The translations under genes were made by a program, and so were the position numbers. DNA of 64,000 nt, from positions 5,397-69,396 of the forward strand of contig QHSB01000233.1 in the NCBI GenBank assembly GCA_003220335.1, in the 5' to 3' direction. Shown here piece after piece: positions 57,882 through 64,000 of the stretch (positions are counted from its first letter, which is position 1; each line of letters begins with the position of its first letter). The notes under the pieces are model-generated. The model was not told the DNA's origin. It ran no database searches and saw only the letters and a list, made by a program, of their open reading frames with translations. Source of the stretch: Candidatus Rokuibacteriota bacterium (lineage in GTDB: Bacteria; Methylomirabilota; Methylomirabilia; Rokubacteriales; CSP1-6).

Positions 57882-58028
57882 TAGAAGAGCGACCCGGCTG
57901 TGCCGGGGCGCTCGGAACGTTGGGGGGTGCCGGGCCGCTCCGAACGTTGGGGGGTTAGAGGAGCGACCCGGCTGTGCCGGGGCGCTCCGAACGTTGGGGG
58001 GTTTGGGGGGCCATTTCGGGGCCCCCCA
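57882..58028 (+). repeat. G-rich hairpin repeat family, locus C (one full, one partial and one full unit plus terminal module)
   Basis: TAGAAGAGCGACCCGGCTGTGCCGGGGCGCTCGGAACGTTGGGGGG / TGCCGGGCCGCTCCGAACGTTGGGGGG / TTAGAGGAGCGACCCGGCTGTGCCGGGGCGCTCCGAACGTTGGGGGG / TTTGGGGGGCCATTTCGGGGCCCCCCA. Confidence 0.9.
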
Positions 58029-58048
58029 TATCTGAGAGGAGGAGCTCG

Positions 58049-58672
58049 ATGTTCCGTGACGTGGTGACCGACGAGAAGGACCTTCGCGCGCTGCTCGGGA
58101 CCCCGAGCGAGGTCGCGCTGAAGAAGCAGATCGCGGCGCTCGACGGCCACTGTCGCGCGCTCATCGCGCACGCGCCGTTCATGCTCCTGGCCACCGCGGG
58201 CGCCGACGGACGCTGCGACGTGTCGCCCAAGGGCGACCCTGCAGGCTTCGTGCGCGTGCTCGACGACACCCAGCTCGTCATTCCCGACCGCCCCGGCAAC
58301 AAGCGGCTGGACGGCATGCGCAACATCCTCGCCAACCCGCACGTGGGGCTGCTCTTCCTCGTGCCGGCGCGCGGCGAGACGCTGCGTGTGAACGGCCGCG
58401 CCTGCATCACGCGCGACCCCGACCTGCTCGCCACCCTCGCCGTGGACGGCAAGGTTCCCGGCCTCGCCATCGGCGTCGAGGTCGAGGAGGTCTTCCTGCA
58501 TTGCGCCAAGGCCTTCAAGCGGTCGGGACTCTGGGAGCCCGCGCGCTGGCCCGATCTCACGAGCCTGACCTCATCCGCCAGGATGTTCCACGACCAGGTC
58601 GCCATCCCGGGCATGAGCGTCGAGGACTTCGCGCGCCGGCTGGAGACCGGCTACCGCACGGGACTCTACTAG
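58049..58672 (+). CDS. PPOX-class FMN-dependent flavoprotein (pyridoxamine 5'-phosphate oxidase family)
   Basis: GAGGAGGAG RBS. CDVSPKGDPAGFVRVLDD..L.IPDRPGN.R.D...NI..NP.VGLLFLVP...ETLRVNGRA. Confidence 0.85.
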   Translation: MFRDVVTDEKDLRALLGTPSEVALKKQIAALDGHCRALIAHAPFMLLATAGADGRCDVSPKGDPAGFVRVLDDTQLVIPDRPGNKRLDGMRNILANPHVGLLFLVPARGETLRVNGRACITRDPDLLATLAVDGKVPGLAIGVEVEEVFLHCAKAFKRSGLWEPARWPDLTSLTSSARMFHDQVAIPGMSVEDFARRLETGYRTGLY

Positions 58673-58675
58673 CAC

Positions 58676-60733
58676 ATGTGGCGGATCGGGATCGACGTCG
58701 GCGGCACCTTCACCGACCTCGCGGCCGTGGACGAAACGGGGCGGGTGGTCATCGCCAAGTGCGCGTCCACCCCGCGTGATCAGTCGGAAGGTCTCATGGA
58801 GGGCCTCGGCCTGCTCGCCGTGGAGTGCGGCACCGACCTCGTCGGGCTGCTCAAGAGCACCGAGCGCATCGTGCACGGCACCACCGTCGCCACCAACGCG
58901 CTGCTCGAGCGCAAGGGGGCGAAGGTGGGCCTGCTCACGACCGAGGGCCATCGTGACGTCATCGAGATGCGCGAGGGGCTCAAGGACGACCGCTACAACG
59001 TGCGCATGCCGCCGCCCGTACCGCTCGTGCCGCGGGCGCGCCGGCTCGGCGTGCGCGAGCGCGTGGCCGCCGACGGCCGCGTGACTGTGCCGCTCGCGCC
59101 CCAGTCGCTGGCCGCCGCGCTGAGCACGCTCGCGCGCGTCAAGGTCGACGCCGTCGCCGTCTGCTACCTGCACGCCTATCGCAACCCGCGCCACGAGCGG
59201 CTCACCGCGCAGGCGCTGGCGCGCCGGCTGCGCGGCGTCTACGTCTCGCTGTCCTCGCTGGTGCTGCCGCAGATCAAGGAGTACGAGCGCGTCTGGACGA
59301 CGGTGGTGAACGCCTACGTCGGACCGGCGCTGGCGCGCTACCTCAACGCCCTCCGGACGCGCCTGGCCGCGCGTGGATACCGGGGTGACGTGCTGATCAT
59401 GCAGTCGCACGGCGGCGTGGCGCCGATCCGCGAGTCCGCGCGTCTGGCCGCCGGCGCCGTGCTCTCGGGGCCCGCGGGCGGCATCGCCGCCGGCCGCTAC
59501 GCCGCGCGTCTGCTGGAGACCCCACCAGGGGCAGGACAAGCTGGCGACCTCATCACCTTCGACATGGGCGGCACCAGCACCGACATCGCGCTGCTCCAGC
59601 GCGGCGAGCCCGCGCTCACCGGCGAAAAGACGGTGGGCATCGCCAAGGTCGCGCTGCCGAGCCTCGACATCCACACGCTGGGCGCCGGCGGCGGCTCGAT
59701 CGCGCGGGTCGATGCGGGCGGAATCCTGCACGTCGGGCCCGAGAGCGCCGGCGCCGATCCCGGCCCCGCCTGCTACGGCAAAGGCGGCGACCGCGCGACG
59801 GTGACCGACGCCAACGTCGTCCTCGGCTTTCTCGATCCCGGCAACTTCCTCGGCGGCCGCATCGCCCTCGACCGACGCGCCGCAGAGGTGGCGGTGGACC
59901 GTGTCGCGCGCGCGCTCGGCACCGAGCGCCTCGCCGCCGCCGAAGGCATCGCCAAGGTCGTCGACACGAACATGGCCGAGGGGATCAAGATCGTCTCCGT
60001 CCGCCGCGGCGTGGACCCGCGCAAGTTCACGCTCGTCGCCTTCGGCGGCGCCGCCGGCCTGCAGGTCACGGAGGTGGCGCGGCTGCTCGAGATCCGCCGC
60101 GTCGTGATCCCCAACGTGGCCGCCGTGCTCTCGGCCTGGGGCATGCTGGCCACCGATCTGCGCTACGAGCTCGTGCGCACGCACGTGAGCGAGGTCGCGC
60201 GGCTGGCGCCGGCCACGCTGCGCCGGCTCTTCGCGGCGATGGAGGCCGACGGCCGCAAGCGACTCGGGGTGTTCGACGGGCCGGTGAGCGTGAGGCGTTC
60301 GCTCGACATGCGCTACGGCGAGCAGATCTTCGAGATCCCCGTGAGCCTCGACGGCGTCGACCTCGAGGCGGCGGACTTGCTCGACGAGATCGTCGCGCGC
60401 TTCCACCGCCGCCACGAGGAACTGTACGCGTACAGCGCCGCGGGGCAGGAGGTCGTCGTCGTCAACGCGCGCGTCGCCGTCGTCGGCGAGCTGCCGCCGC
60501 TCGCCACCGGCCGGGACGAGGCCGTGCGGCGCGAGGCCCCGAAGGCCGCGCGCCGCCGGGTCTGGCTCGGCGACTGGGTCGAGGTTCCGGTCTTTCGTCT
60601 CGACGATCTGCCCGCCGGCTGGGAGACGAAGGGCCCCGCGCTGTTCGAGTCGCCGACGACGACCGTGCTCGCCCGCGCGGGCGAGCGCGTGAGCGTCACC
60701 CCGCACGGCTGGCTCGACCTGCGCCTCGTCTAG
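58676..60733 (+). CDS. hyuA: Hydantoinase A / oxoprolinase-family protein
   Basis: MWRIGIDVGGTFTDL is the N-terminus. DMGGTSTD is the second ATPase motif. 685 aa. Confidence 0.9.
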   Translation: MWRIGIDVGGTFTDLAAVDETGRVVIAKCASTPRDQSEGLMEGLGLLAVECGTDLVGLLKSTERIVHGTTVATNALLERKGAKVGLLTTEGHRDVIEMREGLKDDRYNVRMPPPVPLVPRARRLGVRERVAADGRVTVPLAPQSLAAALSTLARVKVDAVAVCYLHAYRNPRHERLTAQALARRLRGVYVSLSSLVLPQIKEYERVWTTVVNAYVGPALARYLNALRTRLAARGYRGDVLIMQSHGGVAPIRESARLAAGAVLSGPAGGIAAGRYAARLLETPPGAGQAGDLITFDMGGTSTDIALLQRGEPALTGEKTVGIAKVALPSLDIHTLGAGGGSIARVDAGGILHVGPESAGADPGPACYGKGGDRATVTDANVVLGFLDPGNFLGGRIALDRRAAEVAVDRVARALGTERLAAAEGIAKVVDTNMAEGIKIVSVRRGVDPRKFTLVAFGGAAGLQVTEVARLLEIRRVVIPNVAAVLSAWGMLATDLRYELVRTHVSEVARLAPATLRRLFAAMEADGRKRLGVFDGPVSVRRSLDMRYGEQIFEIPVSLDGVDLEAADLLDEIVARFHRRHEELYAYSAAGQEVVVVNARVAVVGELPPLATGRDEAVRREAPKAARRRVWLGDWVEVPVFRLDDLPAGWETKGPALFESPTTTVLARAGERVSVTPHGWLDLRLV

Positions 60734-61359
60734 GACGCCGTCGCCATGAAGGCCGCCAGCCTCTTGCGCAGAAACAACCGCGCGCGGTGAAGGCGCGTCT
60801 TGGCGCTGGCGACGCTGATGCCCAGCGAGGTTGCCGCCTCGGCCATCGCGAGACCTTCCACGTCACGCAAGACGACGACGGCGCGGTACTCAGGCGACAG
60901 CTCGTCGATCGCGGCGCTCAGTGCGGCGCGTAAGTCGCTCCGGAGGGTGGGATCGTCGAGACGCTCCGACCAGTCCTCGAGGACCGGATCGTCCTCGTGG
61001 AACGCCGGCACCACCTCCTCCAGGGAGATCTCGGCCCGCCGGTGAGCGGTCCGCCGGAGCTTCTGGCACGCGGCGTTGGTGACGATCCGATAGAGCCACG
61101 ATCCGAGGGCGGCATCGCCGCGGAACGTGTGAATCTTGCGGACCACGCTCCAGATGGCGTCCTGCACGACCTCCTCGGCGTCCGCAGCGCTGCGCGTGAT
61201 CGCGATGGCCAGGCGATATGCGCGCGCGCCATACCGGCCCACGAGCTCCTCCGCGGCCGCCGGATCCCCGCGCCGCAATCCCGCGAGGAGCCGGCCGTCG
61301 CCATCCACTCCGGCGGCCGGCCCGTCCATCGCGACGACCGCCACGTCCGTCTGACTCAT
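60730..61359 (-). CDS. ECF-type RNA polymerase sigma factor
   Basis: ATG at 61359. Region 2: EEVVQDAIWSVVRKIHTFRGDAALGSWLYRIVTNAA. Region 4: VVVLRDVEGLAMAEAATSLGISVASAKTRLHRAR. Confidence 0.9.
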   Translation of the reverse strand: MSQTDVAVVAMDGPAAGVDGDGRLLAGLRRGDPAAAEELVGRYGARAYRLAIAITRSAADAEEVVQDAIWSVVRKIHTFRGDAALGSWLYRIVTNAACQKLRRTAHRRAEISLEEVVPAFHEDDPVLEDWSERLDDPTLRSDLRAALSAAIDELSPEYRAVVVLRDVEGLAMAEAATSLGISVASAKTRLHRARLFLRKRLAAFMATAS

Positions 61360-61562
61360 CGCGATGTCTTCGCCGGCGCGCGGAGACACACCCTCGCCAC
61401 GCCCGCGCCGTCCGCGCCTCGTGCGTCGGGCGCCGCGCGTGTCGTCGCGACCGTCGCCTCCGTGGGCGCGGTGGCGACGTCGATCGTGGACCGGAGGTCC
61501 TCCATGCGATCCCGGACGACGATGTCCATGACGAAACACTCGTGCGCGTCCAACCAGCTCAT
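61356..61562 (-). CDS. 68-aa hypothetical protein, translationally coupled on both sides
   Basis: Its ATG overlaps the upstream stop as ATGA, and its TGA overlaps the sigma-factor ATG as ATGA. No recognisable motif. Confidence 0.5.
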   Translation of the reverse strand: MSWLDAHECFVMDIVVRDRMEDLRSTIDVATAPTEATVATTRAAPDARGADGAGVARVCLRAPAKTSR

Positions 61563-61774
61563 GACCCGTGCCTCCTTGTTTCGATCCGATCCTGGCCGCG
61601 CGGCGTCTGGATATCCTGGCCGCGCGGCGCCTGGATCTCGTCCTGATCACGCGGCGCCTGCACCTCCTGACCGCGAGGCGCCTGCACCTCCTCGCGGTCA
61701 GGTCGGCCGGCGTGGGCGGCGGTCGTCATCAGCATGGTGACAAGACCGATCGCGACTGCGTGTGTACGCTTCAT
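61559..61774 (-). CDS. Small secreted protein with tandem octapeptide repeats
   Basis: AAGGAG RBS. MKRTHAVAIGLVTMLMTTAAHA is a signal peptide. It is followed by EVQAPRGQ / EVQAPRDQ / DEIQAPRGQ / DIQTPRGQ. 71 aa. Confidence 0.65.
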   Translation of the reverse strand: MKRTHAVAIGLVTMLMTTAAHAGRPDREEVQAPRGQEVQAPRDQDEIQAPRGQDIQTPRGQDRIETRRHGS

Positions 61775-61806
61775 GGGCTTGTGCTCCTTTTCCGCGCTCG
61801 TACAGA

Positions 61807-61821
61807 GCAGCCGGCGTGCCA
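61807..61821 (-). promoter_or_regulatory. Sigma-54 (-24/-12) promoter
   Basis: The minus strand reads TGGCAC-GCCGG-CTGC, with the GG and GC correctly spaced. Its -12 element ends 32 nt upstream of the ATG at 61774. Confidence 0.7.
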
Positions 61822-61877
61822 AACGCGAAATCGCGCGAAATGGTTGACGTGGCCGCGCGCCCGCGACGACGGCGCCG

Positions 61878-61979
61878 GTTTCAGCACGGAACGATGGGTT
61901 CACGATGAAACGCGCGAGCGCTCCGCGGTGGCGATGCTCACGCGGTGTTTCAGATTGAAACGGCGTTCCGCGATGAAAC
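61878..61979. promoter_or_regulatory. Cluster of GTT(T)CA-N3-4-TGAAAC inverted repeats (candidate enhancer/UAS for a bacterial enhancer-binding protein)
   Basis: GTTCAcgaTGAAAC at 61898-61911, GTTTCAgatTGAAAC at 61947-61961, GTTCCgcgaTGAAAC at 61965-61979, plus a GTTTCA half-site at 61878-61883. They lie about 77-158 bp upstream of the -24 element. Confidence 0.55.
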
Positions 61980-62066
61980 ACGGGCATGCCGGCAAGCGCC
62001 GAATTGTGCTCGACAGTGATGCGGCACGCGATTTGCCGGCGTACACTCGTTGAGTCGGAGGATGCG

Positions 62067-63398
62067 ATGCCGGTGCCGCTGTTACTGACGTTCGTCTCGA
62101 CGGTCGCGTTCGCGATCCAGCTCCTGATCTTCGCGTATCTGTACTCGTCGCACCGCGTGCGGTTCTTCCAGTACCTGCTCCTCGCGTGGGGTGCGTACAC
62201 GCTGTCCAAGGGGCTCAAGCTCGTCGACATGGTCGTCTTCGACCTCGAGCAGCCCGGCGTGGTGACCGGGGTGGCCACCGTGGCCGCCGTCGGCTTCATG
62301 CTGGCGGCCGCGTTCGCGTATCGCTGGGACTATCGGCTCCGCGCCCGTGATCTCCTTATCGGAGGTGCCGTCGCGCTCCTGCTCTCGCTCGCGAACGACG
62401 TGGGCGGCGCCGACGAAGGGCTGCGCCTCGTCGGCGTCGGACTCGGCGCCCTCCAGATGGTGGCCGGCGCACTGTTCTGGCCCCCGCGCAGTCGCGTCGC
62501 CGGCCTGCGCGTCCGGGGCGAGCGGCTGCTGGCCGGTCTGCTCACGCTGTGGGGCATCCATCGCATCGCGACGCAGTTCGTGGCCGCGCCCACGGGGTCG
62601 GCGGCCTACCTGGCGGTGCACGCGGTATTCATCACGCTCTATTTCCTGTCGACGTTCGCGGTCATCATCATGGTGCTCGAGCGCGCGCGCAGCGAAAGCG
62701 AGCGGCTCCACGCGCGCCTGAGCGAGGCCGAGCGCCTGGCGACGACGGGTGAGCTGGCCGCCGGCATGGCGCACGAGATCCGAAACCCGCTCGCGGCGAT
62801 CGTCAATGCCACCGCGCTCCTCACCGACGAGGCCGGCCTCACGTCCGAGGAGCGCGCGGTGACGGTCGGCGCCATCCGCACCGAGGCCCGCCGGCTCAAC
62901 CGCATCCTCTCCGACTTCCTGCAGTTCGCGCGGCCGCAGCAGGTCCGGCGCACCTCCGGTGACATTCGCGAGGTCGTTCAGCACGTGAGCGCGCTGATTC
63001 GCGACGATCGTTCGCGCGCGCCGCGCGTGGACGTGAAGGTGGCCGTGGATCCGGCGGTGCCGCGCTTCGCGTTCGACCGCGACCAGGTGACCCAGGTGCT
63101 GTGGAACGTCGCCCTCAACGGCGTCCAGGCCATGAATGGCCGCGGTCGGCTCTCTCTCGAGGTCGCGCGCGAGCACGGGCATGTCGCGCTCGCCGTCAGC
63201 GACACCGGCCCCGGCATCCCGCACGAGGTTCTCCCGCGGGTCTTCGAGCCCTTCTACTCGGGCAAGCCGAACGGCAGCGGGCTGGGACTGACGATCGCCG
63301 AGCGTATCGTCGCCGCGCACGGCGGTCGCATCGAGATCGACACGGCGCCGGGCAACGGGACGCGCGTCACGCTGCGGTTTCCCATCGAGGCCGTGTGA
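62067..63398 (+). CDS. Sensor histidine kinase with a polytopic membrane input domain (NtrB/AtoS-like core)
   Basis: GGAGG lies 5 nt before the ATG at 62067. About 6 TM spans. AHEIRNPLAAI is the H-box; GSGLGLTIAERIV is the G2 box. Confidence 0.85.
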   Translation: MPVPLLLTFVSTVAFAIQLLIFAYLYSSHRVRFFQYLLLAWGAYTLSKGLKLVDMVVFDLEQPGVVTGVATVAAVGFMLAAAFAYRWDYRLRARDLLIGGAVALLLSLANDVGGADEGLRLVGVGLGALQMVAGALFWPPRSRVAGLRVRGERLLAGLLTLWGIHRIATQFVAAPTGSAAYLAVHAVFITLYFLSTFAVIIMVLERARSESERLHARLSEAERLATTGELAAGMAHEIRNPLAAIVNATALLTDEAGLTSEERAVTVGAIRTEARRLNRILSDFLQFARPQQVRRTSGDIREVVQHVSALIRDDRSRAPRVDVKVAVDPAVPRFAFDRDQVTQVLWNVALNGVQAMNGRGRLSLEVAREHGHVALAVSDTGPGIPHEVLPRVFEPFYSGKPNGSGLGLTIAERIVAAHGGRIEIDTAPGNGTRVTLRFPIEAV

Positions 63399-63400
63399 CG

Positions 63401-64000
63401 ATGGCCCATCTGCTGGTCGTCGACGACGAGCCTTCGGCTCGCACGACGCTCGCTCTCCTGCTCCGCCGGCGCGGCCATCGCGTGGCCGAGGCCGAGGACG
63501 TCGCCGGCGCGACGAAGCGACTCTCGGAAGAGGTGTTCGACCTCGTCGTGACGGATCTGCGGATGCCGGACGGCGACGGCCTCGACGTGTTGCAGGCGGC
63601 ACGAGCGCAGGCCGACGCGCCCGAGGTCATCCTCTTGACCGCCTACGCCGAATGGAAGTCGGCCAAGGAAGCGATCCGTCTCGGCGCGCTCGACTACTTC
63701 GAGAAGGGCCAGGAGCCGGACGAGCTCTATCACCGGATCGACAAGGCGCTGGCCGGACGCGCGCTGCGTCGCGAGAACGAGAACCTGCGCGCCCAGCTCC
63801 GCGAGCGCTACGCCCTGCCGGGAGTGGTCGCGCAGTCATCGGCCATGCAGACCGTTCTCGACCTCGTCGCGCGCGTGGCGCCGACCGACGCCACCGTGCT
63901 GATCCAGGGGGAATCCGGAACGGGCAAGGAAGTGATCGCGAAGGCCGTGCATCACGCGAGCGCGCGCGCGGCGCGGCCCTTCGTGGCCGTGAACTGCGGC
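63401..64000 (+). CDS. NtrC-family sigma-54-dependent response regulator (5' part; runs off the window)
   Basis: My translation: MAHLLVVDDEPSAR...VVTDLRMPDGDG (REC), then GVVAQSSAMQ...VLIQGESGTGKEVIAKAVH...FVAVNCG, the AAA+ sigma-54 interaction domain Walker A. Not in the ORF track because there is no stop within the window. Confidence 0.85.
   Translation, partial: MAHLLVVDDEPSARTTLALLLRRRGHRVAEAEDVAGATKRLSEEVFDLVVTDLRMPDGDGLDVLQAARAQADAPEVILLTAYAEWKSAKEAIRLGALDYFEKGQEPDELYHRIDKALAGRALRRENENLRAQLRERYALPGVVAQSSAMQTVLDLVARVAPTDATVLIQGESGTGKEVIAKAVHHASARAARPFVAVNCG

Noticed and set aside
58571-60706. 711-aa minus-strand ORF antisense to hyuA.
   Set aside because: It is a shadow ORF. hyuA has the diagnostic DVGGTFTD and DMGGTSTD motifs.

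Overview
The window is a very GC-rich, gene-dense chromosomal segment. It most likely comes from a diderm bacterium, because it encodes an outer-membrane beta-barrel protein, MlaC and a LapA-like protein, and it carries sigma-54 promoters plus an NtrC-type activator. I could not assign a taxon.

I support about 65 coding genes. Most of the other long ORFs in the six-frame track are Arg/Pro/Gly-rich shadows of these genes. The content is mostly housekeeping, catabolic and signalling:
- groES-groEL, pgi, asnB, and an aldo/keto reductase.
- A TAXI-TRAP / enolase-superfamily / FAD-oxidase operon.
- A CUT1-type ABC importer and a propionyl-CoA-synthetase-like ligase.
- A split hydantoinase pair (hyuB and hyuA).
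- A vapBC toxin-antitoxin pair.
- Two paralogous two-gene hybrid histidine-kinase cassettes.
- A class III cyclase-AAA-TPR protein.

The most interesting signals are non-coding or small:
1. A perfect sigma-54 promoter is followed by a GEMM-I (c-di-GMP-I) riboswitch and an SD-sequestering helix, upstream of an uncharacterised 114-aa ORF (22046-22235, minus strand).
2. A second sigma-54 promoter with three GTT(T)CA-N3-4-TGAAAC upstream sites drives a translationally coupled operon: secreted octapeptide-repeat peptide, 68-aa ORF, ECF sigma factor. It diverges from a histidine kinase / NtrC-type pair, an architecture that resembles zraP-zraSR.
3. A G-rich, hairpin-forming repeat family occurs at three loci in the same orientation, each directly upstream of the next start codon. 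One locus is a 46-bp tandem array. Two loci bracket an 8.7-kb block that separates hyuB from hyuA.
4. A six-gene minus-strand cluster encodes a DksA/TraR-like zinc finger, three paralogous two-module proteins in split and fused forms, a CheY-like receiver and a membrane protein.
5. Several genes are broken (trxA, an SDR/PanE chimera, rpiA), two of them by internal deletions of similar size. I cannot separate genuine decay from assembly error.

I saw no rRNA, tRNA, CRISPR array, transposase or integrase.
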